In this document: positions 17,737-27,088 of the stretch, one piece after another
Layout: each line of letters starts with the position of its first letter
Numbering within the stretch: position 1 is the stretch's first letter
NCBI GenBank assembly: GCA_964397995.1
Contig: CAYNLG010000007.1
Coordinates: 4,998-68,997 of the forward strand
Length of the DNA stretch: 64,000 nucleotides
Source of the DNA: an uncultured Anaerolineales bacterium
GTDB taxonomy: Bacteria; Planctomycetota; Phycisphaerae; FEN-1346
Direction: 5' to 3'
Translations under genes and position numbers: made by a program
The notes under the pieces: model-generated
What the model saw: the letters and a program-made list of their open reading frames with translations, nothing else
Databases searched by the model: none
What the model was told of the DNA's origin: nothing

Positions 17737-19233
17737 TTGCTAGGATGGAGTCCGGGCACGGGTGGCGGGCCGAACACCGTGGACCACGAGACGCGGAAGC
17801 AACGGGGGGCGTACTACACCCCGGACAAGGTCGTCCGGTCGCTTGTCCGGTGGGCGGTGCGCCGGCCCTCGGACCGGACGCTCGATCCCTCCTGTGGCGA
17901 CGGCCGCTTCTTGGCCTGTCACGCGAACAGCGTGGGTGTGGAGCAGGCACCCGAAGCGGCCACGTTGGCCCGGGGCCGCGCGCCGGGCCACACCGTCTGG
18001 AAAAGCGACCTGTTCCGGTGGGCCACCGAGACGGACGAACGGTTCGATTGCGCGGCCGAGAACCCCCCGTTCATCCGATACCAGCGGTTCAGCGGAGACG
18101 TAAGGCGGCGCGCGTTGGCGCTGTGCGCCCGGCATGGGGCGCGTTTCTCGTCGCTTACGTCCTCGTGGGCGCCGTTCCTGGTGGCCACCGCGACACTCCT
18201 GAGGCCGGGGGGCCGTATGGCCTTCGTCGTCCCCGCCGAACTGGGCCACGCGACCTACGCGAAGCCGGTCTTGCGGTTCATGGCGGACCACTTTGACCAC
18301 GTCCAGATTGTGGCGGTCGAGGAGAAGCTGTTCCCGGACCTGTCGGAGGACTACTGGCTTCTCTACGGCGCGGGGTACGGGGGCCAGACGGACGCCTTCT
18401 GGCTGGCGACGCAGAAACACTTCCGTTTCACTCCGTCGCCCCCCCGCAAGGGCACGTACGTCAGCCGCGAGGCGTGGGAGCGTTGGGGGGAGCGGTTGCG
18501 CCCGTTCCTGCTGCCCGAGGCGGTCCGGGGCGTGTACCGGGCGGCGGCGGAGGCCGACGGAAGCCGGACGCTGGGCAACGTGGCCACGGTGCGCATCGGG
18601 TACGTCACGGGGGCCAACGAGTTCTTCCACCTGAGGCCGTCAGAGGCCGGGCACTGGCGCATCCCCAAGCGGTTCCTTCGACCGGCGGCGCGCAACGCAC
18701 GGTCCCTGCCGGCCAAGGCCATCACGAAAGCCACCGTGGGCGCCTGGAGACAGCAGGATGACCGGTTCCTGCTGCTTCACTTGACACGTCAGGACCAGGT
18801 GCCCGAACCCGTGCGGCGCTATCTGGCGTCCCCTGAAGCGGAGGCCGCGCGCCAAGCCTACAAGGGCCGTACCCGCTCGCCCTGGTACGCGGTGCCGGAC
18901 GTGACCGTGCCCGACGCGTTCCTGTCGTATATGAGCGGCGCGGGGCCGACGCTGGTGGCCAACCGGGCGGGATGCGTGGCCACGAACTCCGTGCATGTCA
19001 TCACCCTGACCGACGGGATGAGTGTCAAAGACCTGCAGACACAGTGGCAGTCTCCCCTGACGCGATTCCGTTGCGAAGTCGAGGGGCACCCCTTGGGGGG
19101 CGGTATGCTCAAGATCGAGCCGCGCGAGGCGGCCCGGGTCGTCGTCACGCCGCCCTGGAAGACCTCGCCCGAGGAAGCGCACCTGCTCCGGGAAGGCATT
19201 GCCATCATGCGTGCATGGAGACACTATGGCTAA
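17737..19233 (+). CDS. type II N6-adenine DNA methyltransferase (gamma class)
   Basis: AdoMet motif LDPSCGDGRFL and catalytic motif AENPPFIRY, in that order, followed by a long C-terminal target-recognition region. The start is ambiguous: TTG at 17737 or GTG at 17779. Confidence 0.85.
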   Translation: MLGWSPGTGGGPNTVDHETRKQRGAYYTPDKVVRSLVRWAVRRPSDRTLDPSCGDGRFLACHANSVGVEQAPEAATLARGRAPGHTVWKSDLFRWATETDERFDCAAENPPFIRYQRFSGDVRRRALALCARHGARFSSLTSSWAPFLVATATLLRPGGRMAFVVPAELGHATYAKPVLRFMADHFDHVQIVAVEEKLFPDLSEDYWLLYGAGYGGQTDAFWLATQKHFRFTPSPPRKGTYVSREAWERWGERLRPFLLPEAVRGVYRAAAEADGSRTLGNVATVRIGYVTGANEFFHLRPSEAGHWRIPKRFLRPAARNARSLPAKAITKATVGAWRQQDDRFLLLHLTRQDQVPEPVRRYLASPEAEAARQAYKGRTRSPWYAVPDVTVPDAFLSYMSGAGPTLVANRAGCVATNSVHVITLTDGMSVKDLQTQWQSPLTRFRCEVEGHPLGGGMLKIEPREAARVVVTPPWKTSPEEAHLLREGIAIMRAWRHYG

Positions 19234-19960
19234 AGCCGCAGTGTGCCGGTGGGTGAGCTTGCGAGACACCCTGGCGGCATTCGTCACCTGCAAGGCGGTC
19301 CATCAGGGCCAGAAGCACATCAAGCCGCTGCACTGGTATGTGGCCTGCCGCCTGGTTCTGGAGGGCGGCTTCTTCCCGGAGGAGATCACGCCCAGGCCGC
19401 CGTTCACGGTGGAGCGGCACGACGGGAGCCTGGGTCTCGAGTTCGACCCGGACGCCGGGCGCGCCGGCGAGCGTACGGTGTTCGGCGGCCTGAAGACCAA
19501 GGACGTAGACGTGGTCGTCACCAAGGAAGGCATCGGGCCGGTGGTGGCCATCTCCTGCAAAGGAGCCCTCCGAGCCTTCCGCAACCTGACGAACCGGATG
19601 GAAGAGGCCATCGGCGACTGTACGAACCTCCACATTGCGTATCCGGCCCTGGTGTACGGGTTCCTGATGGTCATCCGGGCCAATCGCGAGGGTCCGGGGG
19701 TCCATCACAATGACGTGGCCGTCTGCCAGGACGGTTCGCCGTCGGACGCGATCCGGCGCTATCATGACGTGATGGCTCGCCTGACACACCGCCGCGACCT
19801 GCGCAACGAGACGAGCAAGTATGAGGCCGTGGCTCTGGCGCGATACGCCGACGAGGCCCTCCGGGCCCTCCTGGCCGGACCCTGGGCCGAGCGGCGCCTG
19901 GACGAGTTCCGCGCGGCGACGCGCGGCCTCTACCAGCCGGTGCAGCGCATCGCCCGATAA
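19226..19960 (+). CDS. putative cognate type II restriction endonuclease (244 aa)
   Basis: The ATG at 19226 overlaps the methyltransferase stop by 8 nt (ATGGCTAA). Possible PD-(D/E)xK-like core KDVDVVVTK...VVAISCKG. No other family motif recognised. The call rests mainly on context. Confidence 0.55.
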   Translation: MAKAAVCRWVSLRDTLAAFVTCKAVHQGQKHIKPLHWYVACRLVLEGGFFPEEITPRPPFTVERHDGSLGLEFDPDAGRAGERTVFGGLKTKDVDVVVTKEGIGPVVAISCKGALRAFRNLTNRMEEAIGDCTNLHIAYPALVYGFLMVIRANREGPGVHHNDVAVCQDGSPSDAIRRYHDVMARLTHRRDLRNETSKYEAVALARYADEALRALLAGPWAERRLDEFRAATRGLYQPVQRIAR

Positions 19961-19978
19961 CACGGAAGGAGAGACGCG

Positions 19979-21172
19979 ATGAAACGACGCGACTGGCTGG
20001 CCTTTTCGGCGGCCGCGGCCGCCGGGGCGGCCCTCGGCCCGGCGCGGGCCGCGATCGCCCAGAGCGGCAAACCGCCGATGCAGGCGGCCGAGGGCGAACT
20101 CCGGATCACCGACATCGAGGTCTACAATGCCGGCCGCCTCTTCCTCCGCGTCCGCACCGACGCGGGCCTGGAGGGCTGGGGCGAGGTCGGCGTCGCCCCG
20201 GCCGCCATCGCCGAGGCCATCCTCCATACCTACAAGCCCCTGCTCGTCGGCATGAACCCGACGCGCGTCGAGGCCATCTGGCAACTCCTCTACCGGGCCC
20301 ACCGGAACGTGCGCGGCGGGGTGCTGCACGCGGCGGCCATCGCCGGCCTCGACATCGCCCTCTGGGACCTCCTCGGCAAGGCCGCCGGCATGCCCCTCTA
20401 CCGTCTGCTGGGCGGGCCGTGCCGGGCGCGGCTGCGGCATTACCCGTCGCCGAAGGCCTTCAAGGTGACCGACCACCGGCTCCACCCGATGGTCGACACG
20501 CCCGCCCCTATCGACGCCATCGTCTCGGCCCTCGAGAAGAAGCGGGCCGACCTCGGGCCCGGCGGGTACCTGATGTACGACGGGCACGGCAAGTTCACCG
20601 CCCAGGTCGCCATCCAGGTCTGCCGCCGCATCGAGCACCTGGGCCTCCTCTACTTCGAGGAGGTGGTCCCGCCCGAGCAGAACGCGGACCTCGTGCGCGT
20701 CAAGCGGGCGACGACGGTGCCGCTGGCGGCCGGCGAGCGGATGGCGACCGTTTGGCCCTTCCGCCCGGTGCTGGAGGCCCAGGCGGTGGACGTGCTCAAT
20801 CCGGACATCGTCGAGGTGGGCGGCGTCAGCCAGATGCGGAAGCTGGCGGCCCTGGCCGAGGTCTACGACGTGCCCCTCGCCCCGCACAGCACGCACTCGG
20901 CGCTGGGCCTCGCGGCCAGCCTGCACGTGTGCGCGGCCATCAACAACTTCCTGATCCACGAGGCGTACGAGCACATCGCCCTCGGGGCCCCGTTCCTCTC
21001 GGGCCTGGCGTGGTCGAAGGGCGACGCCCTCGACCTCCCCGGCGGACCCGGCCTCGGCATCACCGTCGACCTGGACGGGCTGAAGGAGGCGGCGGCGCGC
21101 CGCGCCGAGAAGGGCGACCGCGGCATCGGCAAGGGCTACTTCCTGGACGACGGGTCCGTGGCCGACCGCTGA
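19979..21172 (+). CDS. enolase-superfamily (mandelate racemase/galactonate-dehydratase-like) enzyme with a twin-arginine signal
   Basis: RBS GGAAGGAGAG. N-terminus MKRRDWLAFSAAAAAGAALGPARA. Barrel motifs YDGHGKF (D-x-H), YFEEVVPPE, LAAGERM, NPDIVEVGG and LAPHS. Confidence 0.88.
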   Translation: MKRRDWLAFSAAAAAGAALGPARAAIAQSGKPPMQAAEGELRITDIEVYNAGRLFLRVRTDAGLEGWGEVGVAPAAIAEAILHTYKPLLVGMNPTRVEAIWQLLYRAHRNVRGGVLHAAAIAGLDIALWDLLGKAAGMPLYRLLGGPCRARLRHYPSPKAFKVTDHRLHPMVDTPAPIDAIVSALEKKRADLGPGGYLMYDGHGKFTAQVAIQVCRRIEHLGLLYFEEVVPPEQNADLVRVKRATTVPLAAGERMATVWPFRPVLEAQAVDVLNPDIVEVGGVSQMRKLAALAEVYDVPLAPHSTHSALGLAASLHVCAAINNFLIHEAYEHIALGAPFLSGLAWSKGDALDLPGGPGLGITVDLDGLKEAAARRAEKGDRGIGKGYFLDDGSVADR

Positions 21173-23787
21173 ATGGCCGCGGCGGCGGCTTCGCGGAGGC
21201 GGCGGGCGGCCTCGGGCGAGGCCGGGGCGTCGCCCAGGCACCGGTCGATGAACGCCCCGAGCTGCCCGCGCGTCCAGCCGCACCGCTCGCGCGCGAGTTC
21301 CAGGTACTCGATGTCCTGCTGGGCGCGGCGGAAGACCTTCAGGCGCAGGCTGTGGTGGAGGCGGGCGGGCCCGCCCTCGCGCGGCTCGAAGATGAAGAGG
21401 CCGAGCGTATCGGCCGTCGCCAGGGCCGAGCCGTCCTTGTCGATCGTCTGCCACGGCACCACGCCCGACGCCCCGCCGCGGTACCCCCCGAGGACCCACG
21501 CCCACGTCAGCCGGTTCGTGTGCTCGACCTTGCTCGTGGAGCCGTAAATCCAGGCGTCCAGACCGTCGAACTCCATCCGGTCGGCGACGACGCGCGGGTA
21601 CCGCTCGAAGGCGCTCGTCGAGACGACCCAGAGGTCGGCCTTGCCCCAGAGCTGGCCCCGGTCGAACTGCGGACGCGAGATGTCGATGCGGTAGCGCACG
21701 GTGACCGGCGAGCCGGGCGGGCGGGCGCGGCGGACGAGGTCGCCGTAGTACGCCAGGGCCCGGTAGTCGAAGTAGCCCGCGGGCTCGTCCAGCGTCCACG
21801 GGCCCTTGGTCGGGTCGTCCGGGCTCCCCTTGTTGTTGAGGTAGACCTGGAAGCCGGCGTCGGTCCAACCCGCGCGGCGGGCGAGGCCGAAGAAGTCGGC
21901 AAGCAGCGCGACCCACGTCCGGGCGTACTCGGGATGGTCGGCGAAGGCTTGGTACGCGTCCAGGCGCCCGTTCCAGTACGGCCGCATCGGCAGCGGCCAG
22001 CTCTCGTGGAACGTCAGGTAGAACCCGGGGGCGGCGACGGGCCCGCGATGGCCGCCCGCGTGCAGCGCCCCGGAGAGGTGCGGACCGAAGGCGGCGGCGA
22101 AGTCGGCCCAGTACGTGGTCGTCGCGCCCGGCTCGACGCCGTTGTAGCGGCGCTCGTCCATGCGCCGGCCGTCGGCCATCCGCATGTCCATGGTCGAGCG
22201 GCGGGCGTCCGCCGCGGCCGTCCGGTGCGAGTAGTGCAGCAGGTTCACGTGGACGCGGTGGTCGTACGCGACCCGCTGCAGCGCCTCGTACTCGCTCACC
22301 CGGTCCGGCAGGCCGTAGCCGTTCATCTCGCACAGGAAGCGCGCGCGGCGCGGCAGGGCGAACGGGCGGACCGCGATCTCGACGGGCAGGCGGCGGCCGT
22401 CGGAGAGCACCAGGGCGCCTTCGAGGCGCTCCCGGCGCTCGTCGAAGGCGACGTACACGTCCACAGCGAGCGGCGTCCAGGCGTTCTCGCGCAGGGCGAC
22501 GCCCCCCGCCGGCATCGGCACGAGCGGGTCGGGCAGGCGCCGGCCGTCGGCGCCGTCGACGTAGAGGGCACGGCGGACGTCGACCCGCAGGCCGCCCACC
22601 TCGCACGCCGCCGTCACCCGCCCCGTGCCCTTGACCAGGGCCAGGAAGCCGACCACCTCGCCGCGCGCGGCTGCCAGGCGCACGGTGCGGCCGTCGAAGA
22701 CGGCGTTCCGCGCGAGGTACCCGCGGGGCAGGTCGCCGACGGCGCGGCCGGCCTCGTCGAGCTTGTCGAGGAGCGGCACGGCCACGAGGCCCGGGGCGTC
22801 GCCCTTCGCGGGGGGCGGCAGGTCCGGCGCGGCCGGCTCCGGCACCGGGCCGGGGTCGGGCACGCGGCCGGAGACCGTGACGGCACGGCTGCGCTCGCCG
22901 CCGCGGCTCACGGTGCGAACGCTGACCCGCACGCGCGCCCCGGGAGCGAGGCCGAGGTCGCGGACGGGTATCATCTGGGCCTCGCCCGGCCGGACGGGCG
23001 GGACGTTCCACCGCGGGAGCGGGCGGCCGCTGACCTCCACCTCGTAGACGAACCCGCGCGCCGGCCCCACGAGGTGCAGCCGCAGGCTCTCCGGGTCGCC
23101 CGCGTCGGTCAGGCGCAGGCCGGTCGGCGGGAGCGGCGCGGGCGCCGGCGGCCCGAGGGTGACGAGAAGGTGCGGCTCGCGGCCGCGCGCCTCGCGGCTG
23201 TGGACGGTCGGGTTCCGCGAATAGTCGACGGTCCACTCGTGAACCGAGAGGCCGTGGGCGGCGCCGACGGCGCACGCGTGGACGAGGTCCGGCGCGACGG
23301 CCCAGCGGTAGACTCCCTCGGCGGCGCGGCTCTCGGCCTGGCACGTCAGGGTCCAGCCGTTGCTGCCGGTCATGGCCGGGAAGAGGGCGGCCGGTCGGCC
23401 CCAGCCGGGCTCGGGGCCGGCGCCGCTCGTCAGGGCGCAGCTCTTGAGTTCGTCCCACGGGCACGCGATGGTCGCGAGCGTGACGCCGTCGATCGCGTGG
23501 GCGGCCCGGTGGTAGACGAGTTCGGCCCGCGTGACGGTGCGGCCGGCAAGGAGGCGCGTGTCGAAAGCGACCGCCAGCAGGTGCTGGTTGCCCTTGATGC
23601 GGAGGCGCGGGGCGGCGCCGGCGTTCAGGTGCGTCTCGCCGCGGTAGAGGACGATGGAGTTGTCGGCCGTGACGGGGAGCATCAGGACCGTGCCGCCCTC
23701 CCCCGCACGGGCCGGCGCCACGCCCGCCGCGAGCGCGAGTGCCGCCAGCGCAAGGCCCGCGCGGCCCGGCCAGGTGACGCGTCGCAT
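21136..23787 (-). CDS. secreted DUF4091-like putative glycoside hydrolase (883 aa)
   Basis: ATG is preceded by AAGGGGGA. Signal peptide MRRVTWPGRAGLALAALALAAGVAPARA. The C-terminal half (GPWTLDEPAGYFDY, WIYGSTSKVEHTN, VVPWQT) resembles DUF4091/GH123-like proteins as I recall them. The family call is tentative. Confidence 0.7.
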   Translation of the reverse strand: MRRVTWPGRAGLALAALALAAGVAPARAGEGGTVLMLPVTADNSIVLYRGETHLNAGAAPRLRIKGNQHLLAVAFDTRLLAGRTVTRAELVYHRAAHAIDGVTLATIACPWDELKSCALTSGAGPEPGWGRPAALFPAMTGSNGWTLTCQAESRAAEGVYRWAVAPDLVHACAVGAAHGLSVHEWTVDYSRNPTVHSREARGREPHLLVTLGPPAPAPLPPTGLRLTDAGDPESLRLHLVGPARGFVYEVEVSGRPLPRWNVPPVRPGEAQMIPVRDLGLAPGARVRVSVRTVSRGGERSRAVTVSGRVPDPGPVPEPAAPDLPPPAKGDAPGLVAVPLLDKLDEAGRAVGDLPRGYLARNAVFDGRTVRLAAARGEVVGFLALVKGTGRVTAACEVGGLRVDVRRALYVDGADGRRLPDPLVPMPAGGVALRENAWTPLAVDVYVAFDERRERLEGALVLSDGRRLPVEIAVRPFALPRRARFLCEMNGYGLPDRVSEYEALQRVAYDHRVHVNLLHYSHRTAAADARRSTMDMRMADGRRMDERRYNGVEPGATTTYWADFAAAFGPHLSGALHAGGHRGPVAAPGFYLTFHESWPLPMRPYWNGRLDAYQAFADHPEYARTWVALLADFFGLARRAGWTDAGFQVYLNNKGSPDDPTKGPWTLDEPAGYFDYRALAYYGDLVRRARPPGSPVTVRYRIDISRPQFDRGQLWGKADLWVVSTSAFERYPRVVADRMEFDGLDAWIYGSTSKVEHTNRLTWAWVLGGYRGGASGVVPWQTIDKDGSALATADTLGLFIFEPREGGPARLHHSLRLKVFRRAQQDIEYLELARERCGWTRGQLGAFIDRCLGDAPASPEAARRLREAAAAAIQRSATDPSSRK

Positions 23788-23803
23788 GGTTCCCCCTTTC
23801 CGG

Positions 23804-26473
23804 TCAGGGCCGCTCCAGGACGGTGTACAGGCCGTCGGCGGGCAGCGTGACGCTCGTCGCGCCGCCCTCGCGGGTGACGGCCACGCGCACGTCGCGCGGG
23901 TAGCCGTGGGCGTCGAGGGCCCGGGCGGTCCACGGGCCGCCGCCCTTCAGCGTGACGGTCGCGTCGAGGTTCCGGACGAGCATCGGCGGGCCGCCGAGGT
24001 CGGCAATCGTGCCGCCCTCGACCCGCCACCCGTAGGGCTTCTCCTCGGTGACGGCCTGGACCAGGACGCGCGTCGCCGTCGCGAGCGGGGCGTCGTCGAG
24101 ACTGGTCACGGTGACGCAGGCGAACTCGTTCGCGCAGGCGATAGTCACGTTGCCGAGCTGCTGCGGGCCGGCCTGGCCGAGGAAGCCGCCGACCGCCTGG
24201 GTGCGCGGGGTGTCGATGAGGCAGACGCCGGTGCCGTAGTCCCAGCGGACGGCGCCGGTGGGGGTCGCGAGGCGTTTCGCCTTGCGGTCGATGAGCGTCG
24301 CGAGCGGGCGGACGAGGAGGCGCGAGCGCCCCTGGTCGTAGCGTTCGACGACGCGGCCGAGGGCGAAGGCGAACGGGTCGATGCTGCCGGCGGCGGGGAC
24401 GGCGCCCCCGGCGTCGGCCTGGCGGAGGGCGTCGAGGGCCGCCGGCGCGACGGCCGCCCCGCCCTTCAGGGCCCAGAAGTCCTCGACGGCGAGGGCCTGG
24501 CCGACGACCACGGGCCCTTCCTCCAGGTCGCCGCGTCGCAGCGCGAGCGCGAGGGCCGGGAACTGGCCGAGGATGGTCGGGGTGGCACAGGCGAACTTCC
24601 TGGCGGAGGTTTCCCAGCTGGGGCCGCCGACGGCAAAGAAGAAGAGCCCGTCGAGGCCCTGCGCGGCGGCGCATGCGGCCGCCAGGAGCGGGAACTCGGC
24701 CTTGAACCGGTTCGGGTTGGGCCAGCCGATCTCGGAGATGATCTGCGGGTGGTCGGCGGGCTGGATGCAGTGGGTCGGCAGGGCGCCGGGCTCGCGGACG
24801 CCGGCGCGGCTCTCGAAGGTGTCGCCGACGCTGACCGAGTAGCTCGACCGCGGGCCCTCGTGCTTGCCGCCGAAGTAGCCGTGGCGGTCGATGACGTCGC
24901 CGGCGGTGTAGGTCCACCGCTCGACCGGCCCGAGGACGCGGGCGTCGGCCGTCTTCCAGTTGCCGCACACCACGAGGCCGCCGTAGCCGAGGTCGCGCTT
25001 CAGATAGGCGGCGGTGGCGGCGTAGAAGGCGCGCTGGAGCTCGCCGAGGAAGCGAACCTGGTCGCCGACGCGGCGGCGCTTGCCGCCCTGCCCGTGGCCG
25101 TCGGCGGTCATGTGCCAAGCGTCGAAGAGGCCGAGGCGGCCGTCGCCGGGGGCGTCGCGCGGGTGCCCGGCGCCCTGCCAGGCGGCCAGGGCCTTCGCGG
25201 GCGAGCCGTAGCGGGCGGCGGCCCAGGCGCCGAAGCGGGCCTCCAGCTTGGCCATCTGCGGCGGGGGGACGTTCTTCGCGGTGAACGTCCAGAAGAAGAG
25301 GCTGTCCTCGTTGACGATCTCGACCATCGCCACCGCCGGGTCCTGGGCGAGCGGCACGCCCGTGTGCGGGTTCGGCGTCGCCAGCAGCGCCTTGGCCCAG
25401 GCCCGGTGGGCGGCCTGGAACGCGGGGTCGAAGAAGAGCAGCGCGAAGGGCTTCTTATTGTCCATGCCTTCGTAGCCCGCGAGGCCGTGCTCGGGCCGCA
25501 CCCGGAACCAGAGGGGGAAGTAGAAGGAGAGGTGCGCGTAGATGCCTTCGGCCTTCAGGACGGCCACCAGGCGCTGAAGGTCGGCCAGGTATCGCTCGTT
25601 AACGGCGGCGGGGTCGGCGGCGCCCTGGTCGAAGACGGCCCCATGGATGCGGACGGCGTTGACGCCCACCTTCGCGAGGCGCCGGGCGAGGTACCGCTGG
25701 GCGCCCTCGCCGAGACGGACGACGTCCGGGCCGACGTTGACGGCCCAGAATCTGAGTGGCGTGCCGTCGGCGCGGACGACGCGGTCGCCCTCGGCCCGGA
25801 CGAAGCCGCCCGCCCCGGCCTCCGCCTCGTTCCGCCCGCGCAGGTCGATCGGCGAGGCCGCGAACGGGTCGGGCGGCGGCTCCAGCGCCCACCACCCCGG
25901 CTCGGAGAGGCCGCTCGTCTGGCCCGGCTTCAGTTTGCCGCGCGGCACGAACGGCCCGGACGCCAGCGCGAAGCAGTCGAAGCAGGCGGTGCGTTTCTCG
26001 CCGGGGCCGGCCAGCAGCCGGAGCTCGAAAACGTGGACGCCCCGAGCGAGCTTCACCTCGCCCAGGGTGACCCAGTTGACGCAGAGGTGCTCGCGGATCG
26101 GGACGCTGTCGACAAGGCCGACGTCGCGGCCGCACACGCGCCAGTCGCCGCCGTCGAACCGCCAGCGGAACGGGCCGTGTTTCCAGAACTTGCGGCACCA
26201 GAGGGTGTAGGTGCCGGCCTCGGGGACGGCGACGCGGTAGCGCGCGAAGGCCTCGGGGCCTTTGCGCTCGCCGTCGTGGGTGAGCCAGTCGCCGCCCGAG
26301 AGGACGTCGCGCTTCTCGGGGAAGGTCGAGGCCGAGAACCAGGTCCGCGCCGGGAAGTTCGTCTCGGCGGGGGCTTCGCCTTCCCACCAGACGACGGCGG
26401 CGCGGGCGGCGCCGGCCGCGAGCGAAACCAGGGCCAGGGCGAGCAGCGGTGCGCGGCAAAGGGTGCGGGGCAC
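23804..26473 (-). CDS. secreted clan GH-A (GH5-like) TIM-barrel glycoside hydrolase with an N-terminal CBM-like domain
   Basis: Track ORF 23804..27067 trimmed to the GTG at 26471-26473 (AAGGAG upstream). Signal peptide PRTLCRAPLLALALVSLAAGAARA. GVNAVRIHG, acid/base-like EIVNEDS and nucleophile-like IISEIGWP. Confidence 0.72.
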   Translation of the reverse strand: MPRTLCRAPLLALALVSLAAGAARAAVVWWEGEAPAETNFPARTWFSASTFPEKRDVLSGGDWLTHDGERKGPEAFARYRVAVPEAGTYTLWCRKFWKHGPFRWRFDGGDWRVCGRDVGLVDSVPIREHLCVNWVTLGEVKLARGVHVFELRLLAGPGEKRTACFDCFALASGPFVPRGKLKPGQTSGLSEPGWWALEPPPDPFAASPIDLRGRNEAEAGAGGFVRAEGDRVVRADGTPLRFWAVNVGPDVVRLGEGAQRYLARRLAKVGVNAVRIHGAVFDQGAADPAAVNERYLADLQRLVAVLKAEGIYAHLSFYFPLWFRVRPEHGLAGYEGMDNKKPFALLFFDPAFQAAHRAWAKALLATPNPHTGVPLAQDPAVAMVEIVNEDSLFFWTFTAKNVPPPQMAKLEARFGAWAAARYGSPAKALAAWQGAGHPRDAPGDGRLGLFDAWHMTADGHGQGGKRRRVGDQVRFLGELQRAFYAATAAYLKRDLGYGGLVVCGNWKTADARVLGPVERWTYTAGDVIDRHGYFGGKHEGPRSSYSVSVGDTFESRAGVREPGALPTHCIQPADHPQIISEIGWPNPNRFKAEFPLLAAACAAAQGLDGLFFFAVGGPSWETSARKFACATPTILGQFPALALALRRGDLEEGPVVVGQALAVEDFWALKGGAAVAPAALDALRQADAGGAVPAAGSIDPFAFALGRVVERYDQGRSRLLVRPLATLIDRKAKRLATPTGAVRWDYGTGVCLIDTPRTQAVGGFLGQAGPQQLGNVTIACANEFACVTVTSLDDAPLATATRVLVQAVTEEKPYGWRVEGGTIADLGGPPMLVRNLDATVTLKGGGPWTARALDAHGYPRDVRVAVTREGGATSVTLPADGLYTVLERP

Positions 26474-26528
26474 GGGGGGCGGCTCCTTTCGGCGCGGGCC
26501 GCGCGGCGCGCGCGGCCTCGGTCCGCGC

Positions 26529-26984
26529 CTACCCGGCCTTGCGGTGGCGCGCGTCCTTCTTGCCGCGCCGCTCGGCCTTGGCGCGGCGGCGCTTCTCCTG
26601 CTTGAGGCGGCGCGCGGCGTGTTTCTTCTCCCGCTTGACCTCCCACCACGCGTCGAAGTCGGCGGGGGTGCGGAAGATGGTGGCGTCGACCTCGCCGTCG
26701 GAGGCCTCGCAGGTCTCGGTGTCGTAGTCGCGGCAGACGTCGAAGCGGCCGTCGTAGTTGGCGCAGCGGCCGTCGTCGGCCAGGTGCACGCATTCGTTGA
26801 AGACCTGAAGGTTCCAGGTCTTATCATCGTGGTCGATGTAGACCTCGATGGCCCGGTGGGCCAGCAGCCAGCGGATCTCGTCGCGGTCGGCCTTGGAGGT
26901 GGGCTTCGAGATCTCGACAACGACGTAGCGGCAGCACCTGGCGCCGCACGCCTCGCAGTCGCCGTGTCCGGGGTTGGCGGCCAT
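26529..26984 (-). CDS. YkgJ-family (UPF0153) Cys-cluster protein with a Lys/Arg-rich tail
   Basis: ATG at 26982-26984 (GGAGA upstream). CEACGARCCRY motif plus downstream C...C...C, then WWEVKREKKHAARRLKQEKRRRAKAERRGKKDARHRKAG. Confidence 0.8.
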   Translation of the reverse strand: MAANPGHGDCEACGARCCRYVVVEISKPTSKADRDEIRWLLAHRAIEVYIDHDDKTWNLQVFNECVHLADDGRCANYDGRFDVCRDYDTETCEASDGEVDATIFRTPADFDAWWEVKREKKHAARRLKQEKRRRAKAERRGKKDARHRKAG

Positions 26985-27088
26985 GCGGAGTCTCCGGCCG
27001 CGCGGCCGGGGGCGCCCCGGCCCGCCACGGCGCGGGGCATTAGAGCAGGCCCGCGCGGGGGGGTCAAGCGCAGGCCTCGCCCCGCCGC

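Noticed and set aside
17718-17746. TTGAAT-N17-TAGGAT promoter-like match upstream of the methyltransferase
   Set aside because: The match is only 4/6 + 4/6 and conflicts with the TTG start at 17737. It is kept as a note on start ambiguity rather than as a feature.
12387-17777. Upstream two-thirds of the 2658-aa minus-strand ORF 9801..17777
   Set aside because: Only the last 861 codons (from the ATG at 12386, with RBS and signal peptide) look like protein. The rest is His/Arg/Pro/Gly-rich and lies antisense to two motif-supported plus-strand genes.
17700-19978. Mobile genetic element carrying the R-M genes
   Set aside because: The GC dip suggests foreign origin. I see no integrase, transposase, tRNA target or flanking direct or inverted repeats, so no mobile element is called.
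21136-21172. Convergent gene-end overlaps (21136-21172; CTAG at 33756-33759; 36185-36201)
   Set aside because: 3'-end overlaps of convergent genes are common in compact high-GC genomes. There is no sign of frameshifting or special regulation.
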